NCBI GenBank assembly: GCA_029907135.1
Contig: JARYMJ010000006.1
Span: 1,260-65,259 of the forward strand
Reading direction: 5' to 3'
Origin: Candidatus Saccharicenans sp.
GTDB taxonomy: Bacteria > Acidobacteriota > Aminicenantia > Aminicenantales > Saccharicenantaceae
Length of the DNA: 64,000 bases
The notes under the pieces are model-generated. The model saw nothing but the letters and a program-made list of their open reading frames with translations, searched no databases and was not told the DNA's origin. Positions 45,884 through 56,173 of this stretch are shown here, piece by piece. Made by a program: the position numbers and the translations under genes. Each line of letters opens with the position of its first letter. Within the stretch, counting starts at the first letter, position 1.

Positions 45884-47035
45884 CTATCTTACCAGAAGAG
45901 ACCGGACTGTTTCCACTCCGTCACCCAGGGTGAAAGCATAACCCAGGTGCAGCAGCGATTTTTCGATGGCATCAAAGGCAAAGATTATCTGTTCCCGGGT
46001 GAGATTGCCCATGTGCCCGAAGCGAAACACCTGCCCGGCCGTTGGCCCAAGACCACCGGCTACCACCAGGCCATTCTCATAGAGCTTCCTCCTGAACCTG
46101 AGGTCATCCAGCCCTTCCGGATAGCGGATGACGGACAGGGTTGAGGCCAGGCAGGTCTCATCGGTGTAAACCGAGAAACCGAGTGAGGTCAGACCATTGC
46201 GAATGGCCGAGGCGAAACGTTCATGTCTTTCAAACCTTTTTTCCAGGCCTTCTTCCAGCACGATCCTGGTGGCTTCGTAAAAGGCCCGGATTTCGTTGAC
46301 GCAGGGTGTCGAAAAATAGCGGTTGGGATTTTCCATGACCGGAAGCCAGCGCAGGATATCGGCATAATAAGCTTTGACTCGGGTCAGCTTTTTCCGCTTT
46401 TCCATGGCCCGTCCAGAAAAAACGTCAATCGCCAGTCCCGGTGGCGCCCCCAGGCATTTCTGGGCGGCCGTCAGGATTACATCTATCCCCCAGTCGTCCA
46501 TTCGCTCTTCAATCCCGCCAGTGGCACAGACCCCGTCAACGACTAACAGAGCTTCCGGAACCACCTGGCGAACAACTTCGGCATACTCTTTGACCGGGGC
46601 ACAGGCTCCGGTGGCTGTGTCCACGTGGGTGCAGACGACCAGCTCGTACTTATGTTTCTTCAGCTCGGCTTTAAGTTCCTCCGGCCTGACTACCTTCCCC
46701 CATTGGCTGGCCAGTAGGTAATGTTTGATATCGAAGGCCTGGCAGATCTCGGCCATGCGGCTGCCAAAATAGCCCTGGGATACCACCAGGACCTTATCCG
46801 TTTCAGCCGTGATGTTCAGCAGGGCTATCTCCATGGCCAGAGTGCCGGCGCCGGCGATGATAAAGGGCTGGCCGCCGGCGGTGAAAACAATCTTTTTCAT
46901 ATTCTCCAGGGCCCCGCTCAACTCTTTCTCCATCTGCGGGCTGATATGAGAAACCGTTGGCTGAGCCAGAGCCTCCAGGACCCGGTCCACAACCGGGCTG
47001 GGTCCGGGAATGAGAAGAAGCTTGCTGTCTTTCAT
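45884..47035 (-). CDS. Class V aminotransferase (alanine-glyoxylate / serine-pyruvate aminotransferase family)
   Basis: LLIPGPSPV, VVDGVCATGG, TAAQKCLGAPPG (PLP lysine context). Confidence 0.85.
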   Translation of the reverse strand: MKDSKLLLIPGPSPVVDRVLEALAQPTVSHISPQMEKELSGALENMKKIVFTAGGQPFIIAGAGTLAMEIALLNITAETDKVLVVSQGYFGSRMAEICQAFDIKHYLLASQWGKVVRPEELKAELKKHKYELVVCTHVDTATGACAPVKEYAEVVRQVVPEALLVVDGVCATGGIEERMDDWGIDVILTAAQKCLGAPPGLAIDVFSGRAMEKRKKLTRVKAYYADILRWLPVMENPNRYFSTPCVNEIRAFYEATRIVLEEGLEKRFERHERFASAIRNGLTSLGFSVYTDETCLASTLSVIRYPEGLDDLRFRRKLYENGLVVAGGLGPTAGQVFRFGHMGNLTREQIIFAFDAIEKSLLHLGYAFTLGDGVETVRSLLVR

Positions 47036-47406
47036 GGTCTTTATCCTTAAGTCCTTTCTACCCCTTACTATTACTTATTTTTCTCCAGCCATACCTTAAA
47101 ATCAATCAAAAATTTTTTCTTCCTCTCGGTGCCAAGATTTTTCTGGTGGCTATTATGCCTGAAAAAAGGATTCATTCTCAACCATAAATACTATGCCTGG
47201 GTGCGGCCAGGGAAAACTGTTCTTTTTCCAGGCCAGTTTGTCTCCCGTTTTTGGTTGCGAGAATACTGATGGGCCCGGGTCAAAATCCAGGTTAAAGCAA
47301 AAGAATTTTTTCCCCCCGGCAGCTCTCGGGCTTCAATTAAAATTTATTTTTCAGCCACCGGAGCCCTTATGTTATGATAGCCTGAGATTAAAAACTGGAG
47401 GGAATA

Positions 47407-49101
47407 ATGAAACGGATGAAAATGACCAGAACCGCAACGCTGATAGGTTTCATGCTGGCCCTCCTGGCTGGCCTGTGGCTTTCCGGCTGCCGGGAAAAGA
47501 CGGAGAAAAAGGCAGACCTGGTTTTACTCGGCAAGATTTTTACTGGCAGCCAGGCCCGGCCCTGGGTAGAAGCTCTGGCAGCTGCTGACGGCAAAATCCT
47601 GGCTGCCGGGAGCAATAAGCAAATCAAGAAATACATCGGGCCCGAAACCAGGGCGATTGAGCTCAAAGGAGGAGTGGCCATACCGGGGTTGATAGATGCC
47701 CATACCCATTTTTCCTCGGGTGGCCGGTCGCTCATCGAACTCAGTTTCCGCGGGGTAGATTCCGTCGAAAAAATCCAGCAGATGATCGCCGATAAAATCA
47801 GGGAACTTCCTCCCGGAACCCCGGTCTTTGGCCGGGAATATGACCACACCCTTTTCCCGGGTCAGAAATGGCCGACCCGGGAAGACCTGGATAAAGTCTC
47901 CCCCCAGAATCCAGTGGTCATCCGCCGGGTGGACGGCCATTCTGCCTGGCTCAACAGTTTGGCCCTGAAACTCTCTGGCATTGATAAAAAAACCAGGGAC
48001 CCCTTCGGCGGGGAGATTGTCCGCGACCCCAGGACTGGCCAACCGACCGGAATCCTTAAAGAATCGGCTATGGGCTTGATCAAAGTGAAAGCCGCAGTTC
48101 AATCCACGCCCGAAGAAGATATCCTGAGAGCCCTGGACCACGCCCGGAAGCTGGGCCTGACCGGGGTTCACGCTGACGCTGGCTGGCGTGACCTGGAGAT
48201 CTATAAAAAGCTCAAGGCCGAGGGCAAGTTGACCTTGCGGGTCTATGCCTGGCTGCCAATAGAAGGCATCGACCAGTATCTCCAGCTGGGTCTGCGCCAG
48301 GGGCAGGGAGATGACTACCTGAAAATCGGTTTTCTCAAAGCTTTCATAGACGGGACCCTCGGTTCCGGCACAGCCCTGATGTTTGAACCCTTTGCCGATG
48401 CCCCGGACAAGAGCGGCCTGCCCCAGTATCCCGAAGAAGTTTTTTATCAACTGCTGGAAAAGGCCTATGCCAATGACTTCCAGGTTGGCACCCACGCCAT
48501 CGGCGATAAGGGGGTTAACTGGGTTATAAATGCTGTCGAAAGGGCTCAGAAAAAATACGGTCCGAAGGATCTGCGCTTCAGGATAGAGCATGCCCAGATA
48601 ATCAGGCCGGAAGATTTTCCCAGGTTCAAACAACTGGGGGTGATAGCCTCTATGCAGCCCACCCACTGCACGACCGACATGCGCTTCTGCGAAATAAGAG
48701 TTGGCAAAGAACGTTCCCGGTATGCCTATGCCTGGAGGACTCTGCTGGACAATGGGGCGGTGCTGGCTTTTGGCTCCGACTGGCCGGTCGAACCTCTCGA
48801 CCCGCGTCGCGGGCTGTATTCGGCCATCACCAGGAAAAACATCGAATTCGATTACCCGGAAGGCGGCTGGTTCCCAGAACAGAAACTGACTCTGGCCGAA
48901 GCCATCAAGTATTTTACCTGGGGTGCGGCCTATGCTTCGTTTGAGGAAAATTTGAAAGGCACCCTGGAACCGGGCAAACTGGCTGATATCACCGTTTTCG
49001 GAAGTGATCTTTTTACCATTGAGCCGCGGGAGATTCTGAGGGCCCCGGTGATCTACACTATAGTCGGAGGTAAAGTCGTTTACGAAAAGCTGGCGGAATA
49101 G
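47407..49101 (+). CDS. Amidohydrolase-family metallohydrolase (Amidohydro_3 / YtcJ-like), lipoprotein
   Basis: Lipobox LWLSGC. GLIDAHTHF, VGTHAIGDKG, RIEHAQ, FGSDWPV. Confidence 0.8.
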   Translation: MKRMKMTRTATLIGFMLALLAGLWLSGCREKTEKKADLVLLGKIFTGSQARPWVEALAAADGKILAAGSNKQIKKYIGPETRAIELKGGVAIPGLIDAHTHFSSGGRSLIELSFRGVDSVEKIQQMIADKIRELPPGTPVFGREYDHTLFPGQKWPTREDLDKVSPQNPVVIRRVDGHSAWLNSLALKLSGIDKKTRDPFGGEIVRDPRTGQPTGILKESAMGLIKVKAAVQSTPEEDILRALDHARKLGLTGVHADAGWRDLEIYKKLKAEGKLTLRVYAWLPIEGIDQYLQLGLRQGQGDDYLKIGFLKAFIDGTLGSGTALMFEPFADAPDKSGLPQYPEEVFYQLLEKAYANDFQVGTHAIGDKGVNWVINAVERAQKKYGPKDLRFRIEHAQIIRPEDFPRFKQLGVIASMQPTHCTTDMRFCEIRVGKERSRYAYAWRTLLDNGAVLAFGSDWPVEPLDPRRGLYSAITRKNIEFDYPEGGWFPEQKLTLAEAIKYFTWGAAYASFEENLKGTLEPGKLADITVFGSDLFTIEPREILRAPVIYTIVGGKVVYEKLAE

Positions 49102-49184
49102 GGCCCGAGCTGCCGGCTGAGCCTTCTAATTGATTCGATTGGATTAGTCCTATTAGCTAAGATTGAGACAACTTGGAAACCGGC

Positions 49185-49769
49185 TTAGCCGGAGAACCTT
49201 GCGGTCAGCCTGGTTTTAATGTCAGCGAAAGTTTGAACCAGCTCGGCCCCTTCCAGCCGGTCCGGTGTCATCGAACTCTTCAGAATAAAAACCAGCTCAA
49301 TGCCGGCTTCCTTGGCCGCCAGAAGGTCATAATTGGTGTCGCCTACCACCGCCGTCTCCCCGGCCCTGGCCCCGAAATGTTCCATTACCCTGAGGAAGGG
49401 AGCTCCGGCCGGTTTGTGCAGCCCGCTCTCCCGGGTCAGCACCAGGTCAAATTCCAGTTGAAACCTTCGCAGCAGATGGTCGGTATTCCCCTGGCTGTTG
49501 TTGGTCACTAGAGCTTTTTTTATCCCGGACCAGTACAGCCACTCCAGAAATTCTCTCACGCCCTGCTTCAGCACCGAACTTTCGGTCTGCTCCCTTTCAA
49601 ACTTCCGGAGCAGGGCATACTTCTCCGACCTTTCTGGTTCGGGCAGGCGGTCGAGATAGGCCAGGATGGAACCACCCTGGACACCCAGTTGCTGCCTTAT
49701 GACCGGCCAATCATAACTGTTCTCGACTACCGTACCATCCAGGTCAAAAATCACCAGTTTGAGACTCAT
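49185..49769 (-). CDS. HAD-superfamily hydrolase (phosphoglycolate phosphatase-like)
   Basis: LVIFDLDGTVV (motif I), LVTNNSQ (motif II), VGDTNYD (motif IV). ATG at 49769. Confidence 0.8.
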   Translation of the reverse strand: MSLKLVIFDLDGTVVENSYDWPVIRQQLGVQGGSILAYLDRLPEPERSEKYALLRKFEREQTESSVLKQGVREFLEWLYWSGIKKALVTNNSQGNTDHLLRRFQLEFDLVLTRESGLHKPAGAPFLRVMEHFGARAGETAVVGDTNYDLLAAKEAGIELVFILKSSMTPDRLEGAELVQTFADIKTRLTARFSG

Positions 49770-49944
49770 CTTCAGCCTAATGTTACCCGCGGCCATCGAG
49801 AAATTCAATCCCAACCTGCTGGAGCCTACTGTCCCCTTTCAACCGTTCAAAAAAAATAAGAGAAAATTTCAACTGGGATTTGACTATTCTTGAAAAATTT
49901 TGTAGATAATTACTTGCCATGTGAATTACGAAGGGAGGTACAGA

Positions 49945-50196
49945 ATGGGCAAATACTTAGCCATCTTCCTGGGTATTGTGGCCATGATTGCCGGTATCTA
50001 TTTGGTGATATTCATCTGGTGGAGAGAATTTTACGAACTGGTCTTTGGCTTCATTCCCCCGATCCTGTTCTTCGGCGGGTTGATCGCCATCATTGCCGGT
50101 ATCTCCAGCATTAAAGATTCCATCCGGCAGAAAAAGCTGGAAGCCGAGGCGGCCGCTCTGCAGGAAGAACAGAAAACCGAAGAAAAAAAGGCCTGA
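49945..50196 (+). CDS. Small two-TM membrane protein with a Lys/Glu-rich tail
   Basis: SD GAAGGGAGG lies upstream of the ATG at 49945. Two hydrophobic helices are followed by KKLEAEAAALQEEQKTEEKKA. Confidence 0.55.
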   Translation: MGKYLAIFLGIVAMIAGIYLVIFIWWREFYELVFGFIPPILFFGGLIAIIAGISSIKDSIRQKKLEAEAAALQEEQKTEEKKA

Positions 50197-50273
50197 TTAT
50201 CCCGGTCAGAACCAGGGAAACGAGCCTGTCATATTTCTGGAATTATCCATAGATATTTATTAGAATTGAAGTT

Positions 50274-50711
50274 GTGAATGGTGGTTTAGCTTTATTTTTA
50301 TCTTTTGTCCTGGCCCTGATTAACCAGTTTAATTTCTCCCTGGAGAGTGCCTTCCTGCAGAATGACCCGGCCAGTCTGGCTCAACTGCTACCCTCTGACT
50401 CCCCCGTTCTCCTGACCCTGCCTGAACCCTTTCAGGTGTCTGATTGTTTCTCCCGGGAACAGGCCTTCCAGATCTTGAAACGGCTTTTTCAGCATGGCTC
50501 CACCCTGGAGTTTTTTGTTGACCAGGAAAATCAACCGGTCCTGGACCGGCGGGGAGCCATCATCCAGGCCCGCTGGTCGGCCAGCGATAAGCGGGACGGC
50601 CGCAAGCACTTATTCCGGGTTTATTTTTATATCTTCCCAGAAAGGCCGTCTGACCGGAAGACTGGTGAACCTCTCCTAAAAATCAGGGAAATTAGAGCTG
50701 AAAAACGTTAG
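50274..50711 (+). CDS. Hypothetical small exported protein (resembles DUF4783 from memory)
   Basis: 145 aa with a GTG start and a hydrophobic N-terminus. Its stop TAG (50709-50711) directly abuts the ATG of the kinase gene. Confidence 0.45.
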   Translation: MNGGLALFLSFVLALINQFNFSLESAFLQNDPASLAQLLPSDSPVLLTLPEPFQVSDCFSREQAFQILKRLFQHGSTLEFFVDQENQPVLDRRGAIIQARWSASDKRDGRKHLFRVYFYIFPERPSDRKTGEPLLKIREIRAEKR

Positions 50712-53700
50712 ATGAAAAAATTAAAACAGTTGGCCCACTGGCAGCGCGCGACAAGCCATAAAATCCCGTTGACCGCAGCCTGCCTCTTTCTGCTGGGACT
50801 GCTGCTGCTCGGAGCCTCCAGTCTCCTTTACCGGACCCGCTCCCTTCAATCAGAACCAGACATCCTAGCCGGTCTCAGAAAAAATGCGGCCAGCATCAAG
50901 GACGAGTTTTCCCGCTTGGTCAGTCTTCTAGAAAAAAGACGGAGCTATTTTGAACAGCCTCTTTCAGATTACCAGCCCCAGAAAGTTTTCGATTTTTTTC
51001 GTAAAGCCGCTTTGGAAACCGAAGTGGAAGGCGTGGCCTGGCTGGAACAGGACCTTACCCCCCGCCTGTGGCTGGGCAGCGTCACCAACCTCAAGAACCA
51101 ACTGAGCAACTGGCCAGAAGGCTCGGAAAAGCTGCGGGCGGGCAGTTTTATCATCCAGGACCGAGCTTCTTATTACCTGGTTAAGCTGATAGCCTGGCCG
51201 GGTCATGGCTACCTGGCCCTGTTCGAGCTGCTGGCTTTCCAGCCACAATTCCAATCGGCTTACGTCAGGGAATTCAATCGGTTGAAATCAATTGGCCGCA
51301 GCGGGGCCGATATCAACTTCTGGCCTCACGATCAGGATACTGAAGCCCTGGGTCGATTCTTCTCCCGCACCCAGGATGAATACCTGAGCCAGCAGGCAGA
51401 AGAAACCGAAATCAGGACTCTCTATTTCCCCCTCCGCAATGAGCAGGGCCAGATTCTGGCCACCGTTACCCTGAATTCTCTCCAGCTGCAGCGAGAGCGA
51501 ATAGCCCTGCCCGGGCTGATCAGGATTCTGGCCATCATCCTGGCCATTCTGTCTTTTAGTTTGATAACAACCTGGCTTTACCGGTCCAGGTTCCAGAATT
51601 CCTGGAGCCCCGGAATCACCTGGTTCCTTATCCTGGCTGGCCTGATCATCATCCGGGTTCACCTCGGGCTGCTGGCCAGGAACTACCCGGCTTCGAGCTG
51701 GCCAATTTTCAACCCTCAGACTCTGGGTCTGAACAGCCCGCTCGGACTGGCGGCCTCGCCGGCCGAAATCTTTCTCAGCTGCCTCCTGTTTTTTATCCTG
51801 ATGTATGTCAGCCTAAAGATTTTTGCCCCCGAGAACCTGTGGCCGGAGCAGACGGAACGGGCCGTTATCTCTTCCCCCCGGAAAAGAATGGCCGGACTAA
51901 TACTGCTGGCCTCGGGTTCGGCCCTGGCCATATTGATCCTGACCTGGTTTATCAAGCGGGCAGTGGCTAACTGCAATCTAAACCTGTTGAGCTTCCCCTT
52001 CACTGCCGCCTCCCTTCTGATTTATCTGAGCCTGTTCCTGGCGCTGGCCAGTTTACTTCTTCCGGTAATCTTGTTTTCCAGGCAACTCCTCGCCGACCTC
52101 CCTAAGAACCCAGGGTTGCTGGCCGCCTTTCTTTTGACCGGCCTGGTATTTTATTTCGGGCTCTGGTTCCTCACTGATCTCACCCGGTTTAACATTATGA
52201 TCCAGGTAGGATTCTGGCTACTGCTGGCTGCGGCCTCGGCTTTACCCTGGAGAAGCTGGGCAAAGCTTGGACTCTGTCTGCTAATAATCTCCGTTTTTAC
52301 TTACTCCATGCTGAAGGAATTCACCGAGCAGCGGGCCAGAACCCTGACTGAAAATGTCCTGGTCCACCTCGTCTCTTCCCAGAAAGCCTGGGCCCGGACT
52401 GCTCTTAACCAATCCTTGGCTGAGCTCCAGAAGAGGTCAAGAGAACTTTTACAATATTTTAGAAATCCTTCCGATCCCGAACTGGCCCGGTCTCTCTGGA
52501 ATAAGACCCTCCTGGCCAGGTTCAACTGGAATTCCTGCCTTTATCTCCAATCAACCGACTTCAAGCTGCTGTCTTCTTTCGGCCTTAACCTGCCGGTTTT
52601 CGCCGAGCAGACCAACGACCTTCCATTCTCTCTCAGGCCTGTCTTCGATGAGCAATATCTTGATATCCTCGGCCAGGAAAAGCATTTCCTGGTCGGTTAT
52701 CAGGATTTCAGGGATGAGCAAGGACGGGGTGGTCGCCTGGCCATCTGGGTCAGCCTGGACCCGGAATTATTGCCCTTTTATTACTCTGCCAATCCCTATT
52801 TCGAACTGCTGCGGCTTAATACCCTGCCCTCCCTGCAACACTTCCCGGTCAGCCTGGCTATCTTTAACTCCCGGGGAGAGTCTGTTTTTCAGCAGAACAA
52901 GCCAGGCCTGGCCCTGCCGGTGGCAATCAAGGTGAGCTGGCCTCCGCCGCCGACCGGTCGCTGGCTTGAATTCCGTGACGGCCAAAGCCATTATCGGGGC
53001 TTTTTCCTGGCCCTCGCTGACAATAAGGTTGGCGTATTTTATCAGCCGCTGAAATCCTTACGCCGGCAGTTTACCGAATTTCTCAAGCTTTTCTTTCTTC
53101 TGGCTATTTTCCTGGTAGCCGGCCTGCTGCCCTACCTGGTAAGGCGCAAAGAATGGTGGTTATCCGGTAGGTCTTTTTCCTTCCGCGTTTACCTGTCGTT
53201 CCTGGCCGCCGGCCTGGTGCCAATTTTCTTTTTTATCTTTTTCAGCCAGACGGTGGTGGCCAGAATTTTTGCCGACCGCTTCGTGCAGGAAGCCACCAGC
53301 CGGGCTTATTTTGCTCGCAGCATTCTACATGATTTTATCAGCCTGCAGGAACAGACCGAATCCCCAGCGCCGGGCCGGCCCGAGGACCTGGTCTTCTGGA
53401 TCAGCAGCACTTTCAACAACGACGTCAATCTGTTCAAGAACGGGCAGCTACTGTCTTCCAGCCGGCAAGAATTCTTCGAGACCGGGCTGTTCTCGGAAAT
53501 GATGGATGGCGAAACTTATTTCAGGCTGGCCTGGCTCAAACAGCCGCTGGTGGTCAGCCGCCGGGCTTTCGGCCGCTATTCCTACCAGACCCTGACCATC
53601 CCCTACCACTACCACCAGGATACTTACTTTCTGCACCTGCCCTTTCCTTTCGAAAAACAAGAAATCTCCCGGGCCCGGGCCGAGTTATTTGAATTTTTCC

Positions 53701-54608
53701 TGTTCACCTCGGTCTTTTTTATTTTGCTGATTGCCTTTTTGGTGGCCACCATCAAAAAAATGGTGGTGCTGCCGATAAACCAGCTTATCAGGGCCACTCA
53801 GGAACTCAGCCTGGGCAATCTGGACGTCCGGGTTGAACACCAGGCCCAGGACGAGCTCAGAAGCCTGGTCGACGGCTTCAATACCATGGTCGAAAACCTG
53901 AAGGCCCACCAAAAAGAACTGGCCGAGTTGAGCCAGCGGGTGGCCTGGACCGAAATGGCCAGGAAAGTCGCCCACGAGATTAAAAATCCTCTGACGCCCA
54001 TTCAGCTCTCGGCCGAGCACATCCTCAAGGTTCGGGCCGACAAGCATCCCGATTTCGACCGGGTACTTCAAGAATCAATTTCCTACATCATCTCCGAGGT
54101 CGAGAACTTGAGGCGCATTGCCGGAGAGTTCATGACCATCGCCCGGGAAAGCGGAACCATTAAGACCAGGTTTGACCTGAAAGAACTGGTCCAGGAACTC
54201 CTCCGGCCCTTCCAGCAGACCCTGGCCGACCGGATCAGCTTCAGCCTGCACCAGTCGGGCCATGATTTTGAGCTCCTGGGAGACCGGGGCAAGATGAAGG
54301 TGGCCCTCCGCAATCTCCTGATTAACGCCATTGAAGCCATCAAGGACAGGGGCCGGGTCGAGGTCAAGCTGAAAGAGGCGGGTGAAGAGCTGATGGTGGA
54401 AATCAAAGACAATGGCTGCGGCATCCCGCCAGAAATGGTTGACCGAATTTTTGAACCCTACTTTTCCACCAAGGAAAAGGGCACCGGCCTCGGGCTGGCC
54501 ATCTGCAAGAGGATCGTCGAAGAACACGAGGGGTCGATCCGGCTGGAAAGCCAGCTGGGCCAAGGAACCCGGGTAACCATTACTCTGCCCCGTAAGAAGC
54601 CGGAGTGA
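50712..54608 (+). CDS. Sensor histidine kinase, NtrY-like core with a very large multi-TM N-terminal region
   Basis: 1298 aa. HAMP-like VVLPINQLIRATQELSLGNLDVRV, H-box AHEIKNPLTPIQLSAEHI, N-box LLINAIEA, G-boxes DNGCGIP and GTGLGLAI. At least 8 hydrophobic segments lie between residues about 20 and 1000. Confidence 0.85.
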   Translation: MKKLKQLAHWQRATSHKIPLTAACLFLLGLLLLGASSLLYRTRSLQSEPDILAGLRKNAASIKDEFSRLVSLLEKRRSYFEQPLSDYQPQKVFDFFRKAALETEVEGVAWLEQDLTPRLWLGSVTNLKNQLSNWPEGSEKLRAGSFIIQDRASYYLVKLIAWPGHGYLALFELLAFQPQFQSAYVREFNRLKSIGRSGADINFWPHDQDTEALGRFFSRTQDEYLSQQAEETEIRTLYFPLRNEQGQILATVTLNSLQLQRERIALPGLIRILAIILAILSFSLITTWLYRSRFQNSWSPGITWFLILAGLIIIRVHLGLLARNYPASSWPIFNPQTLGLNSPLGLAASPAEIFLSCLLFFILMYVSLKIFAPENLWPEQTERAVISSPRKRMAGLILLASGSALAILILTWFIKRAVANCNLNLLSFPFTAASLLIYLSLFLALASLLLPVILFSRQLLADLPKNPGLLAAFLLTGLVFYFGLWFLTDLTRFNIMIQVGFWLLLAAASALPWRSWAKLGLCLLIISVFTYSMLKEFTEQRARTLTENVLVHLVSSQKAWARTALNQSLAELQKRSRELLQYFRNPSDPELARSLWNKTLLARFNWNSCLYLQSTDFKLLSSFGLNLPVFAEQTNDLPFSLRPVFDEQYLDILGQEKHFLVGYQDFRDEQGRGGRLAIWVSLDPELLPFYYSANPYFELLRLNTLPSLQHFPVSLAIFNSRGESVFQQNKPGLALPVAIKVSWPPPPTGRWLEFRDGQSHYRGFFLALADNKVGVFYQPLKSLRRQFTEFLKLFFLLAIFLVAGLLPYLVRRKEWWLSGRSFSFRVYLSFLAAGLVPIFFFIFFSQTVVARIFADRFVQEATSRAYFARSILHDFISLQEQTESPAPGRPEDLVFWISSTFNNDVNLFKNGQLLSSSRQEFFETGLFSEMMDGETYFRLAWLKQPLVVSRRAFGRYSYQTLTIPYHYHQDTYFLHLPFPFEKQEISRARAELFEFFLFTSVFFILLIAFLVATIKKMVVLPINQLIRATQELSLGNLDVRVEHQAQDELRSLVDGFNTMVENLKAHQKELAELSQRVAWTEMARKVAHEIKNPLTPIQLSAEHILKVRADKHPDFDRVLQESISYIISEVENLRRIAGEFMTIARESGTIKTRFDLKELVQELLRPFQQTLADRISFSLHQSGHDFELLGDRGKMKVALRNLLINAIEAIKDRGRVEVKLKEAGEELMVEIKDNGCGIPPEMVDRIFEPYFSTKEKGTGLGLAICKRIVEEHEGSIRLESQLGQGTRVTITLPRKKPE

Positions 54609-54680
54609 ACCGCCGAGTTTGGCTAATATCCCAATTTATGGCAAAATAGTTTTCAACTACTCTGAAAAAGAGAGGTTAAG

Positions 54681-55175
54681 ATGAGAAGCCTGGTCACCTA
54701 CTACAGCCTGACCGGAAATACCAGAATGGTGGCAGAAGCCATTTTTGAGGTTTTGCCCGAAACGAAGGACCTGCAACCACTGGCCGAGGCCAACGACCTT
54801 TCAGCTTACGACCTGGTTTTCATCGGTTGCCCGGTGCACAGTCACAGTGTCCCGACCAGGGTTGAAAGTTTCCTGAAGAAATTGCCGGCCGGTCTTAAAA
54901 CCGCTATTTTCATGACTCACGGCTCGATTCCCGGTACCAGGCTCTCCCGGGAGGCCATGGAACAGGCCCTGATTCTGGCTTCAAGGACCAGAATACTCGG
55001 GACCTTCAGCTGCCGGGGTAAGGTCTCAGAACAGGCCATGGAAATCCTCAGCCGGTCGCCCGAACACGAACTGTGGACGGAAATGGCCGTAACCGCCAGG
55101 AACCACCCCGACCAGCATGACCTGGAAGATGCCCGGGCTTTTGCCCGCTGGATTGTCAGCCTGGCCAGGCAGTAA
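54681..55175 (+). CDS. Flavodoxin-family protein
   Basis: VTYYSLTGNTRMVAEAI and DLVFIGCPVHSHS. Confidence 0.7.
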   Translation: MRSLVTYYSLTGNTRMVAEAIFEVLPETKDLQPLAEANDLSAYDLVFIGCPVHSHSVPTRVESFLKKLPAGLKTAIFMTHGSIPGTRLSREAMEQALILASRTRILGTFSCRGKVSEQAMEILSRSPEHELWTEMAVTARNHPDQHDLEDARAFARWIVSLARQ

Positions 55176-55193
55176 AGACCTCAGCCCGTTGGG

Positions 55194-56159
55194 TCACCCG
55201 TGCCTGATTCTTTCAAACCCGGAGACAGTTACCACCTCCAGAGTCTGGCCGGTTTCCCGCTCCAGCTGGTCCAGCAGCAGGTTTAAGCCAAGGGTGTCAC
55301 TGGCAATGTGACCGGCCACGATGACATTCAGGTTGGCTTTCTTGGCCTTTTCCAGGGCTTCCTCGCTGTAATGCATGCCCACCAGGGTGCTGATACCGGC
55401 TGCCGCCTGCTTCTCATAAATATCCCTGGAGCCTTCGGTGCCTCCGGTCATGTCGACATAAATTTTCCCGGCCCGGCTGCTTTCCGAACCGGACAGAATC
55501 TTGGGTGGGACCGAATTCCGGCTGGAAGTCCGGTATTCAGGAATTTCTTTCAGGATGTTCAGAACATCTTTCAACCTTTCCGGCGCTTTCTGCTGGAAGA
55601 GGTCTGTTAAATATCTGGTAACGCAATTATCGGCCGGAGTATGGAGGCAGGCCAGGGGCAGGTTCAACTGCCGCGCCACGTCCACAGTCCGGTTATGGTT
55701 CACTGGGAGAAGCCGTCTTTCAATCTCACCGATCCTCTTTTCCAGGAGCTGCTCGGCCACGCTGGGTGTCACGCCGAAAGCACTCAGCAGGTCAACCTGC
55801 AGGGCCATGACCTCGGACAGGCGGGCCAGGGCCCGTCCCGAAGGATGATGGGCCAGCACCAAGTCAATTTTCTTTTTTTGATCCCGGTTCAGGATGTAAG
55901 CCAGAAGGACTTCAGACCCATCCATATCAATCCCGGCCAATATACGGCTGATTTCGGTTTCCGGGTCACCCACCAGCACCCGGCTGTCAGCAAACGGATT
56001 GAATAGCCGGTCCAGGTCGAAAGTTTCTTTTTCCCCCGCTTCCAGCTTGTCATATTTTTCTTTTTCTTCCTGGAGCAACCGTTCTATTTCTTCCCTGGGC
56101 CTGAGGTCATTTTTAATTCCGATCTCGATCGCCAGGCGGTAGAAATCTTTTAGTTTCAT
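55194..56159 (-). CDS. NIF3-family dinuclear-metal-centre protein (long form)
   Basis: LVLAHHP ... CLHTPADN ... VIVAGHIASD matches the His/Asp metal-ligand pattern of NIF3/YqfO-type proteins as I recall it. Confidence 0.6.
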   Translation of the reverse strand: MKLKDFYRLAIEIGIKNDLRPREEIERLLQEEKEKYDKLEAGEKETFDLDRLFNPFADSRVLVGDPETEISRILAGIDMDGSEVLLAYILNRDQKKKIDLVLAHHPSGRALARLSEVMALQVDLLSAFGVTPSVAEQLLEKRIGEIERRLLPVNHNRTVDVARQLNLPLACLHTPADNCVTRYLTDLFQQKAPERLKDVLNILKEIPEYRTSSRNSVPPKILSGSESSRAGKIYVDMTGGTEGSRDIYEKQAAAGISTLVGMHYSEEALEKAKKANLNVIVAGHIASDTLGLNLLLDQLERETGQTLEVVTVSGFERIRHG

Positions 56160-56173
56160 CGTTCCTCCCCCAT

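Noticed and set aside
47524-48666. 380-aa ORF antisense to the amidohydrolase gene
   Set aside because: It is a shadow ORF opposite a gene with clear amidohydrolase metal-ligand motifs. The composition is implausible (Gly/Pro/Phe-rich) and there is no ribosome-binding site.
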